Positions 24,828-36,605 of a stretch of DNA of 64,000 bases are shown here, one piece after another. The position numbers were made by a program, and so were the translations under genes. Location: positions 17,360,001 to 17,424,000 of the forward strand of contig JBHGNT010000013.1 in assembly GCA_043228905.1 (NCBI GenBank). Direction: 5' to 3'. The stretch is from Azolla caroliniana (taxonomy: Eukaryota > Plantae > Polypodiophyta). The notes beneath the pieces are model-generated. The model saw nothing but the letters and a program-made list of their open reading frames with translations. It ran no database searches and was not told the DNA's origin. The first letter of the stretch is position 1, and every line of letters starts with the position of its first letter.

Positions 24828-25332
24828 TGTCGTAGTGTATTTCGTACACTACGTGGAAAAGTAAAAATAATATAAACGATTTAATTACATATAAATAAAT
24901 AAAATAAGAATATCAAGATAAATACTCATGCACATCTAGCACTATATTTAGCAAATAAAAGTAAGGATTAGAAAAGCATCACATGCACATTTAGTGTGCA
25001 TGAACATATGAGAAAAAGCATGTAGCTATGCTTAGTCTCTCCCATCACTATATAAGGATGGGGAGCACATTGTAGTTTTTGTTGATTATTTTTCTATTAT
25101 GATCAATCAATCTAAAATATTCGTGGGATTCACGAATTTGCTAAAATAATTCTCTCTTACTACCTAAATATTGACTAAATATACTAAACTCGTGGGATTC
25201 ACGAGATTCTTATCTTATAACTCTTTATACCTATTCTTTACTAGCCTTATTTGTATTTTTCTTTCTCCTAGTCCAAAACCTCGGCGGTTCCCACCCGACT
25301 CATGCAACGATCCGAAGCCGAAAGGCACGACA
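24828..25332 (+). mobile_element. Short solo LTR, family B (lacks the tRNA-like cassette)
   Basis: TGTCGTAGTG...GGCACGACA with TSD ACGT; internal deletion near 24920. Confidence 0.92.
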
Positions 25333-25825
25333 ACGTCATTACGAATGCCTCTCGTAAGAATGATCTCATGGTGGAATCGTATCCATGTAACGAGGGAGGG
25401 ATGTTGGATATGTGTGTCATAGGAGAGACCTCACATGAAGTGGGTCAAGCCCTACGTTCTTAACATCATTGTGGCTATAGGCATTTCTTTACGTAATAAA
25501 ATCGAAGTCACCGACGGGAATGTCAACAATAAAAAATTGTTGAAAAAAGGGATGGTGACAACGCCATTCTCACAAAAATGTGAGGACGGCCACCAAGATC
25601 CTTTCCCTGAAAAGGAAAACATTCGATATAAAGATCACGTAATATCAAATATACACATATGTTTATTTATCACATATATACAATTAAATACGTATACACG
25701 TGGCCACATATGCATATATTTAAAAAAATCGTAACATCAAATAGCCAACATATGATGAAATCGAGACACGTAATCGAGGCATGTAGCCTCTACGCACACG
25801 AAGCATCCAAAAATAAGGGTTAATC

Positions 25826-25970
25826 GTAATACGCAATTGAGGTATTGACTGCATACGCATACGACACCAAACACATATCATTTACAACGAAATCAAGGTA
25901 TTGACCTCATATGCATACGTAACATATGTATGTGAGCGTAATACGCAATTGAGGTATTCACCTCATACGC
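25826..25970. repeat. Degenerate ~55-bp tandem repeats in the element A leader
   Basis: GGTATT(G/C)AC...CATA(C/T)GC occurs three times. Confidence 0.6.
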
Positions 25971-26611
25971 TGTCACGTTACTACGCGCGTGCGTGGAGAA
26001 ACGAGGTGGGACCACCGGGGTCTTGAACCGAAGAGCAGGTGATAGAAGGGGAAAGAGAAAGAGAGAGACGCCCAGTTACGTATGAGCAAAGAAACACAGG
26101 GACACGGCCCGTCAACGCGGAAGACACGAATGGACACAGAGACAGAGAGACACGAATGTTTGTATATTAAGGAATGACAAATAAACAACAGAGCATGCGA
26201 GCGGTTACAACCGAACAGGCCGGCGAACAAATGCCGATGCCTGCTCGTCTGCGCACAAAAGGGGATAGGATGGAGGTGCTGCCGGAATCACACAGGCGTT
26301 CCTCGAAGCAGCGCGAGCCTCCCGAAAACCTACAGAGAAGAGCGATGGAGAACGAACAGAGGAGAAGCGTTCGGTTTCAGTCCGATAGCACTTCGTCCTC
26401 CTCAATGCCCGGTCCCCTCTCCCCGCGTCTCCCTCTCTTTTATAGCTTCAAGAAGGGAGCCGTTTCCCTCATTAACTTCCTACCTACCGAATCTAACTAC
26501 CTAGGATATACCTTTGTACCTAATTCTCTATTATATACATTAAAGGGCGCGCACGCGTGAAGAGCTGGTTCACGCGCGCTATGCACCGATTGCGCTAAGG
26601 GACGGTTTTCT

Positions 26612-29600
26612 TCACGACATCCGCCCCCACCTAACCGCGCATCCACCGGTATGCACCAAATTTGGGTTCTGGTTGGAGAAAACCGGTCCGGGTTCCGGTT
26701 CCCCGTCCATCGGTTCGTCCTCCGTTTCGGACTGTTCGTCGTTGCTGTCCAGGCCTCTTAGATCCGGTTCACCGTCGTGGCGCTTCTTGAACGCTTTGAT
26801 CCGCTTCCCTGCTACCAGTATCGCCATCCTCGTACCGTCGAGTTCCGCCAGGTGATACGTCCCGTTGTCGTTGGCGCTCGTTACCACGTAAGGCCCAAAC
26901 CACCGCTTTGCAAACTTCCATGTTGCCCGGTGCTGGTTGTCGAGGCTGCTGTCGTAGACTAGCACCCAGTCGCCTTCCTCGATTTTCTTTGGTCGGAGCT
27001 GGTGCGTTCGGTCGAACCGGGCTTTGTTCCTCATCCTCGTCGTCCGAAGTCTCTCCGCCGCTCGTTCCACGTCCTCTGGCCTCCGCTCGAGCTGCTGTAT
27101 ACGCGCCGCTAGCAGTTCTTCCCGGCTCATCTCGCCTCTCCAGTCCATTGTCGCCCAAGAGGAGATTGTCCGTTCCATCGGCATGATCGGCTTCTGTCCA
27201 AACATGAGCTCTGATGGAATGAACCCGGTTACCGAACTGTGCGTTGTCTGGTCTGCCCACAAGGCATAAGGTAACAGTCGTGGCCAGTTCCCGACCTGGC
27301 CTCCGCACGCCCGGACTAGCGCTTTGACGATCGGTCCGTGTCCGCGCTCCACCTTCCCATTCGCCTCTAGATTGTACGCTGTGGTGAGCGAGAGCTTGAC
27401 CCCTAACCGGTCGAACAACTCCTCAGCCTCTTCGGCGTCCAACTCCCCGCGGTCAGCCACGATCTTCCCGACGCACCTGTACCGGCATATCACGTCCTCG
27501 ATCAAGAACCGACACATGGCTGCGGTCGTTTTGTTCTGCAGGGTTCGGCCTTCCACCTGGTTCGTCAGGTCCTCCCGGGCCAGTACCAGATATCGCATCT
27601 GCCCTACGCCCATCGGCATCATCACCAAATCTACCATCCATTTGAAGTGGATGGCCGGAGGGTATGTAGGGTGAAGCTCGTCCCGATGTCGGACTATGGA
27701 GTGTATCTGACAGCTCTCACAAGTTGTCACGAACCGATGCACGTCCCGGTACAGTCCCGGCCACCAGTACTTCTCCTTTAGTTTCTCGAACGTGGCCCAC
27801 GTCCCACGGTGTCCAGCCCAGGGGCTGTCGTGGTAGGCCTTCAGCAACTCCTGTTCCTCCTCCATCGCCACTACTCGGAGCGGGATGCCGTTTGTCTTCT
27901 TCGGGTGCTTCCACAAGTATCTGTCCCGGAGAAAGAATCGGTACGCTTTCTTCCGGATCCGGTTGGCCTCGCCCTTTGTCCATGACGCGTCCGGCGTCAT
28001 CGTCCTTAAGAATCCCCCAATCTGCAACCACTCCCCGTCGTACTTGCTCTTGTTGAAATCGTTAAGCGCTGGAGTGCTCCCCCCCTCGGTTGTTACGTAA
28101 GCCGCTTCGAAGAAGTCCACGCCAACTTCCTCGTCCTCCGAAACCATGCCGCCCTCGTCGTCGAATCGCGCCCTCGAAAGCATGTCGGCCATGGCATTGT
28201 CTTTCCCGGAAATGTGTCGTATTTTCGGATCCAAGGACTTGATGTACGCTATCCACCTAAGCATTGCCAGGTCCGGGGTTGCGCATCCGGAAACCATGCC
28301 GAGAATCGACAGGCAGTCCGTCTCGATAATCACCTCTGTCCCGATCAGATAGTCTTTATCGGCCTTCACCGCCGAAACGATACCCCAGAGTTCGCGTTTA
28401 ACCTAGGCGTATCCTTGATGTCGCTCGTTGAGGACCTTCGCGCCGAACCAGATTGGGAACCGAATGTCGTCCTCATCTTCTTGGTTGACGACCCATCCGA
28501 TCCCGGTCGGACTTGTATCTACCGTTATGTAGATGGGAGTGCCTTTCTCATAGACAGCCTTCCTGAGTGCCGGAGCTGCAGCAAGAGCCTCCTTCATCTT
28601 TCGGACCGACTCCGTATGCTCGTCTCGTCACTCGAATTTTCGCCCCTTTTTCAGCAACCCGTATAGCAGCTCGGCAACGTGGGCGTAATGCGGGATCCAT
28701 ATGTGGTAGAACGCGCATGCTCCCAAGAACCTCCGTACCTCCGTGACCGAGTTACAGTCGGGCTTCATTGCGGAGATGGCTTCCACCTTAGCCGGAGACG
28801 GTTTCCGGCCATACAGTCCGCATAGATGTCCGACGACTATGATCTCTGATTGCCCAAAGGCCGATTTCTCCCCGGAGAAGGTGAGCCTCGCGTCCTCTAA
28901 CCTCTGCAGCACCCTCTCGCAGTCGTCAATGTGTGTCGCCATGAATTTCCGGCATCCGTCCGGTCCGATCGTTTCGTCCCTTTCCTCCACCGGACATCCC
29001 TTAATCGGGATGTCAGCCAAGAATGGCATGGTGATGTCCGGGATACAATCCCTCAGCACCTTGTTCATCGCATTCACCATCTGGGCCACCGAGTTCGTCC
29101 CTCCTTGTGGCAGGGTACACATCCGCACTAGGCCGAGAGGAGTCCGCATCGTCGTAATGTCTCTGCTCTCTACGGCTAGTTGGAACTTATCGTACCCCGA
29201 GTACAGATCACCGACCGAGTAGATCGACCTTCCGACGAAGGCCTCTGCGAACTCGTCTATCGTTGGTCCGATTCCTGCGTTCCGAATGGTCACTATGTTG
29301 ACCGGTTGCAGGTCTTGAATGAAGCGCAACGTCCCGTTCTTCTTCGGTACGGTAAACCACCGGTTCAAGTATGGGGCACTCGACGGTTCGAGGATGCCCA
29401 TATCGACTTTCTGCCTCAACAGCTCCATTAGCTCCGGGATGTGAGCTCTCGGTACCGGAATTGGTTTGAGATTCCACGGCACATGCGGTACCGTGAATAT
29501 CACCATCGGCTTCACGACTGTCGGGTCTACGCACCCGATCTCTTCCGGTGAAAATGCGAAGGCTTTCTCGTGCCTTCCGAGCATTCTCCGAAACCGGTCT

Positions 29601-30196
29601 TCTTCCGCCGGCAGCAGGAACCCGCCCCCACCGATTTTGAGCTCCCGTAGCGTTCTGTCAGTGAAGGTGTGTCCTATGCAGGCCGGATCTCGTAAACTGG
29701 GGTCCGACGCGACCCCCTTGATTCGTAACTCGCTGCCCTCCGGTAAGGGTGCCGCGACTAGCCTTATCTTCCGGTCCACAGTCTTGTACTTCGTGTTAAC
29801 CCGGGCCGTCCGATCCGACTCGAGCCCCCGACTGAAGTCCGCGATGACTTCGTACATCTCTTTTGAACAAACCGGTGTCGTCCGGTCCTCTTTAAGGCCC
29901 TCTCCGACCACCTCTCGCAGTATTCCCAAGGTATCGTCCAAGGAGACCGCCTCCACGGCTCCGTTGATTTCCTCGCTGGGCCCGAGAACTCCGCACGCCT
30001 GAAGTCGCTCTTCCGCCCTTGTCTTTTCTCGGCCAACGACACCGACTATCGTACACCCTCCATTGTCGGAGAAACAAAACTTCCTACTTATGGTACAAGG
30101 TTTCTTCGGTTTCGCCTCTATCGTACATTTGTGGGGTTTTCCCGGAGTGTCCGGACTATCGCGGCCCCACGCCTTGACAGCCCTCTCTAAAAATCC
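26612..30196 (-). pseudogene. Element D pol (RT-RNase H-integrase), with stops
   Basis: DLYSGYDKF, LPQG, PFLADIPIK (catalytic D lost), VDTSPTG, HHCC, WMVD...ADRGE...KVERGH and GPY. Stops at ~28628 and ~28403. Confidence 0.92.
30131..30196 (-). promoter_or_regulatory. Putative -1 ribosomal frameshift signal (second copy 36099-36165)
   Basis: G GAT TTT TAG, 6-nt spacer, stem 1 GGGCTGTC/GATAGTCC, stem 2 GTGGGG/CCCCAC. Confidence 0.75.
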
Positions 30197-32060
30197 TCTC
30201 GGTTCTCGCCATCGAGGGACTCGCGGTTTCGCTCGTGGTTCGGTCGCACCGTCAGAAACTGGACCGAATGACGCCCGTCTTGACTCTTGACCCTCGCATA
30301 AGCCGACCCGTTGTCCAGCACCTTGGTCTCCATCCGCGCTGCCGTAATGTACGGTTCTCCCAGTATGACCGGGTGCGAGGACGTCTCCTGCACAAAGAAG
30401 TGCTGGTCTATCTCGATGTCGCCGATCTTGACTCGCACGTTTGGGCAGGCCCCGTGTAGTTCCTCGGTGGCGCGCATCGCCGCCCATATCTTCCACCCGT
30501 GCTTGGTGTTGATCGGCCATTTCCCCTTCTTGTAGAAGTCCATGGACATCAGGTTTATTTCCGAACCGTGGTCCACCAGCGCCACCACCGGTTCTTGAAC
30601 ATCTCCGATCTTCACCGGGGTTTCCGTGGTCGCTCGGGCCCAGTGTGGCCTCGAATAGTGGCTCTCCGCCCACTCGTCTTCCAGCGCCATGTCCTCTATG
30701 TGCGTCGTCCGCACCTCCATCGTCCTTTCCAGTTCTGTCTTCGTCGAACTCCTTCTTGGCGATTCTGAGCACCTCCCGCAACGACAGTTCCACCTTGCTG
30801 TCGAGGATTCGTTCTTCCAGGACCTTTCGTTTCGATCTCCGTGCCCAACCGGTATCCGCCCTTCTTGTGGTTATCTCGGGCACTGGTCTCACTAGCCTCG
30901 TTCCGTTTCGGCCCAAATCGGGTTTCGTATCTCTGTGAGGGTCCGGCCCCTCCGGTTTTACCTACCCGTTTGTCTTCAACCAGAGCCTCGTAGTTCTGGC
31001 AAGCTGCTTCGACGAAACCCGTCTTTTCTTCGACCGGGTCAACCCACCCAGTTACATCCTAGACCCGCTTCTCCGCGCGGTCCGCCTCGTCTTTCCTTAG
31101 TCGGGCACCGGCGAGGCCTTCCAGCATCGTCGGCCAGAACCCGGCTTTGCTCTCCTTCCGAGCCTCGTTGCCTCCAACCCGAATACCGGCTGACGCCGAG
31201 TAGTGGACGGTCTCCACGTGCCGGACCACCGCGTCTTCCATCAGCCTATTCATTCCTCCTCGCCCGTCGTTTTGGTTCAGGGCCCTCCGGGTATCGCTGG
31301 CGTGCACCCGACCTTCCCACAGGTACACTACCTGGCTTCTCAAAGCCTCCGCAAAGTCCCCGCAGTCTTTCCGGATGTGGCCGACCTCGTTGCACCACAT
31401 GCACCTATTTCCTGCCAGAGGCCGTCGGTCACGAGCCTGTTCGCCGCCTTCCCTCCGAGCCTGGGCGATCTGGAGATCCTTTACCGCCCGTGTCAACTCC
31501 TCCAAAGTTGTTCCCCCGGACGAGCCTCTAACCACGCCGGTCGAAGCCGAACCGGTTTCGAGCCACTCCCGGGTCTCTTCCCTTCGCGCCTGTGGTATCG
31601 GTTCGAGCTTCCTTGTTGCGACAGGACCCGCCCCGGTCGCCGTTGTATCAGCCCACTCCCGCCGTTTGTCAAAACGGCCGCAGACTCTTTTTACCGCGGC
31701 CCAGTCGGCCGTCAGCCCGTCTTCGGTTTCCAGTAAGGAGCCCACTTGCTCCCAATCTCGTGCGTCAACTGATTTGACAAACAATAGGACACGACTTGTG
31801 TCCGGAACGGTCCGATTGAGCGCCGAAAGGCGCGCAAAGCGTTCCTCAAACTCCCGGAGGAGTACCGACGCATTTCTTCCTTTGTTGGGGAACTCCACCC
31901 ACTCCATGAACCCCGCTTCGAAAGTCAAAGCGCGTCATCCAGCCCGTATTTCTCGAGGAGCCGTCCTTCGAACTCCTCCCAAGTCCGGCTCTCCGCCCAG
32001 ACCTCGAGCACCTCCGCATGGATGCCCGGCATCGCCACTCGAGGGAATCCGGCAAGACGT
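30187..32060 (-). pseudogene. Element D gag-protease (frameshifted)
   Basis: Zinc knuckle CMWCNEVGHIRKDC and protease LVDHGSEINLM; ends REDF*. Confidence 0.88.
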
Positions 32061-32766
32061 TGTCGAGGTATTCCTCGCGGATGCGTGGGATGAGGCGGAA
32101 CCTCGGGGGTCTTGTACCAAAGAGCAAGAGAGGAAGTAGAAGAGACCCTCTACGTGCGAGCGTAGATCCACAAGGACACGGCCCTTCGACGCAAAGACGC
32201 AAGTGGGATAGCGACATAGAAAGACACGAATGTATGTATGTATTAACAAAGACAAACAACAAGAACACGAAGACAACAAAACCACGAAGTCTGTTACAAC
32301 CGAACAGGCCGGCGAACAGATGCCGATGCCTGTTCGTAAACGCGCAGAAAGACAGGAGCAGGTTGGAGGTGCTCCCGGAGGCACTCGGGCATTCCTCAGA
32401 GTAGCGCGAGCCTCCCGAAACCTGCACAGAAGGAAACTATGGAGTTTGCGAACCAGAGAGAGAGAGAGAGAAGCCTTCGCACGCAAACCGACAGCACTTC
32501 GTCCTCGACTCTCTGCGATCCCTTTCTCCTCCTCGTCTCCCTCCTCTTATAGGCAAAAAAGGGAGTCGTTTCCTATTAACTCCCTACCTACCGAATCTAC
32601 CTACCTAGGATCTTCTATGGACAACATTCGAGAAGAGCCGGTTCCTACGCTCCTGTGCACCGATTCTGCTTGTAGACGGTTTTCTTCACGACATCCGCCC
32701 CCACCTAACCGCGCATCCACCGGCATGCGCCAAATTGAGTCGGGACGGAGAAAACCGGTCCAGCCT

Positions 32767-35700
32767 TCATTCCCCGCCCGTCGGTTCTTCCTCTGTTTCC
32801 GATCGTTCGTCGTCGCGGTCCAGGCCAACCGGACCCGGCTCGTCGTCGTGACGCTTCTTGAACGGTTTGATCCGCTTCCCAGCTACCGGTATCGCCATTC
32901 TCGTGCCGTCGAGCTCCGCCAGATGGTACGTCCCGTTGTCATTGGCGCTTTGTACCACGTAAGGCCCGAACCACCTTCTTGCGAACTTCCGTGTCACTCG
33001 GTGCTGGTTGTCAAGGCTGCTGTCGTAGACTAGCACCCAGTCGCCTTCCTCGGTCTTCTTCGGTCGGAGCCGGTGCGTTCGGTCGAACCGGGCTTTGTTC
33101 CTCATCCTTGCTTCCCGAAGCTTTTCCGCAGCCTGCTCCACGTCCTCCGGTCTTCGCTCGAGCTGTCGTATACGCGCCGCCAGCAGCTCCTCCCGGTTCA
33201 TCTCGTCTCTCCAGTCCACGGTTGCCCACGAGGAGATCGTACGTTCCATCAGCATGACCGGCTTCTGCCCAAACATGAGTTGTGCCGGCATGAATCCGGT
33301 TACCGAACTGTGCGTAGTTCAGTCCGCCCACAACGCGTAAGGCAACAGCCGCGGCCAGTTCCCAACTTGACCTCCGCATGCCCGAACTAACGCCTTGACG
33401 ATCGGTCCGTGTCCGCGCTCCACCTTCCCATTCGCCTCCGGATTATACGCAGTGGTAAGCGAGAGCTTGACTCCTAGCCGGTCGAACAGTTCCTCAGCCT
33501 CTTCGGCGTCCAACTCCCCGCGATCAGCCACGATCTTCCCGACACACCCGTACCGGCATATCACGTCCTCGATCAGGAACCGACATACGGCCGTGGTCGT
33601 TTTGTTCTGAAGGGCTCGGCCTTCCACCTGGTTCGTCAGATCTTCCCGAGCCAGGACCAGATACCGCATCTGTCCTACGCCCATCGGCATCGTCACTAGA
33701 TCTACCATCCATTTGAAGTGGATGGTCGGAGGGTACGTAGGGTGAAGCTCGTCCCGATGCTGGACTATGGAGTGCATCTGACAGCTCTCGCAAGTTGTCA
33801 TGAACCGATGCACGTCCCGGTACAGTCCCAACCACCAGTACTTCCCCTTTATCTTCTCGAACGTGGCCCACGTTCCAGGGTGTCCAGCCCAAGGGCTGTC
33901 GTGGTAGGCCGTCAGCAGCTCCTCCTGTTCTTCCTTCAACGCCACCACCCGGAGCGGGACGTCGTTCCTCTTCTTCGGGTGCTTCCATAAGTATCCATCC
34001 CGGAGAAAGAATCGATATGCTTTCTTCCGGATCCGGTTTGCCTCGTCCCTCGTCCATGACGCATCCGGCGTCATCGTCCTCAAAAACCCACCGATCTGGA
34101 GCCACTCGCCGTCGTACTTGCTCTCGTCGAAGTCGTTAAGTGCCGGAGTGCTCGTCCCATCGGTCGTTACGTACGCTGCCTCGAAGAAGTCCACGCCGAC
34201 TTCTTCGTCCTCCGAAACCATGCCGCCCTCGTCATCAAACCTTGCCCTCGAAAGCATGTCGGCCATGGCGTTGTCCCTTCCGGAAATGTGTCGTATTTCC
34301 GGGTCCAGGGACTGGATGTACGCTATCCACCGGAGCATCGCCAGGTCCGGTGTCGCGCATCCGGAAACCATGCCGAGAATCGGCAGGCAATCCGTCTCGA
34401 TAACCACTTCTGTCCCGATCAAGTAGTCTTTGTCGGCCTTTACTACCGAAACGATACCCCAGAGTTCGCGTTTAACCTGGGCGTACCCTCGCTGTCGTTC
34501 ACTAAGAACCTTCGCGCCGAATCGGATCGGGAACCGAATGCCCTTCCTGTAGACAGCCTTCCGGAGCGCCGCTGCTGCCGCAAGAGCTTCCTTCAGCTTC
34601 CGGACCGACTCCGTGTGCTCGTCTCGCCACTCGAATTTTCGCCCTTTCTTTAGCAACCCGTATAGCGGCTCCGCAACGTGGGAGTAATGCGGGATCCATA
34701 TGTGGTAGAACGCGCATGCCCCCAGGAACCTCCGAACTTCCGTAATCGAGCTACAATCGGTCTTCACCGCGGAGATGGCTTCTACCTTTGCCGGATACGA
34801 CTTCCGGCCATATGGTCCACATAGGTGTCCGACTACCAGGATTTCCGATTGCCCGAAGGCTGATTTCTCCCCGGAGAAGGTGAGCCTCGCATCCTCTAGC
34901 CTCTGTAGCACCTTCTCGCAGTCGTCGATGTGTGTCGCCACGAATCGCCGGCATCCGTCCGGCCCGACTGTCTCGTCCTTCTCCTCCACCGGGCACCCCT
35001 TGATCGGGATGTCGTCTAGAAACGGCATGGTGATGTCCGGGATGCAATCCCTCAGTACCTTGTTCATTGCATTCACCATGTGGGCTACCGAGTTGGTCCC
35101 TCCTTGTGGCAAGGTACACATTCGCACTAGGCCGAGGGGGGTTCGTATTATCGTAATGTCTCTGCTCTCCACGGCTAGCTGGAACTGGTCGTACCCCGAG
35201 TACAGATCACCGACCGAGTAAATCGACCTTCCGGTGAAGGCCTCCGCGAACTCGTCTATGGTCGGTCCGATTCCTGTGTTCCGGATGGTCACTCTGTTGA
35301 CCGGCTGCAGGTCCTGAATGAAGCGCAATGTTCCGTTTTTCTTTGGTACGGTAAACCATCGGTTCGAGTATGGCGCGCTCGACGGTTCGAGAATACCCAT
35401 ATCGACTTTCTGCCTCAATAGCTCCATCAACTTCGGGATGTGAGCTCTCGGTACTAGAATCGGCTTGAGATTCCACGGTACATGCGGTACCGTGAATATC
35501 ACCATCGGCTCCACGATCGTCGGGTCTACGCACCCGATCTCTTCCGGTGAGAATGCAAAGGCTTTCCCGTGCCTTCCGAGCATTCTCCGAAACCGGTCTT
35601 CCTCTGCCGGCAGTAGGAACCCGCCCCCACCGATTTTGAGCTCTCGGAGCGTTCCGTCTGTGAAGGTGTGTCCTATGCAGGCCGGATCTAGTAAACTGGG

Positions 35701-36165
35701 GTCTGACGCCACCCCTCTGATTCGGGACTCCCTGCCCTCCGGCAAGGGTGCCGCGACTGGCCTTACCTTCCGGTCCACAGTCTTGTACCTCGTGCTAACT
35801 CGGGCCGTCCGATCCGACCCGAGCCCCCGACTGAAGTTCGCGATGACTTCGTACATCTCTTCGGAACATACCGGTATCGTCCGGTCTTCGTTAAGGTCTT
35901 CTCCGGCTACCTTCCTCAGCATTCCCAAGGTGTCGTCGAAGGAGACCGCCTCCACGGCTCCGCTGATTTCCTTGTCCGGGCTGAGAACTCCGCACGCTCG
36001 AAGTCGCACTTCCGCCCTTGTCTTTTCTCGGCCGACGATGCCGACTATCATACACCCTCCATTGTCGGAGAAGCAAAATCCCCTACCTATCGTACAATCG
36101 TGGGGACTTTCCCGAGTGTCCGGACTGTCTCGGCCCCACGCCTTGGCAGCCCTCTCTAAAAATCC
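32767..36165 (-). pseudogene. Element E pol (RT-RNase H-integrase)
   Basis: PFLDDIPIK RT motif. Stop at 33319 and an in-frame RNase H deletion relative to D near 34540. Confidence 0.92.
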
Positions 36166-36605
36166 TCCCGGTTCTCGCCACCGAGGGATTCGCGGTTTCG
36201 CTCGTGGTTCGGTCGCACCGTCAGAAATTGGACCGAATGGCGCCCGTCCTAGCTTTTGACCCTCGCGTAGGCCGAACCGTTGTCCAGCACCTTGGTCTCC
36301 ATTCGCGCCGCCGTGATGTATGGTTCCCCTAATATGACCGGGTGCGAGGACGTCTCCTGTACGAAGAAGTGTTGGTCAACCTCGACGTCGCCGATCTTGA
36401 CTCGCACGTTCGGGCAGGCCCCATGCAGTTCCTCGATGGCGCGCGTCGCCGCCTGTATCTTCCACCCGTGCTTGGTGTTGATCGGCCACTTCCCCTTCTT
36501 ATAGAAGTCCATGGACATCAGGTTTATTTCCAAACCGTGGTCCACCAATGCCACCACCGGTTCCTGAACATCTCCGATCTTTACCGGGGTCTCCGTGGTC
36601 GCTCG

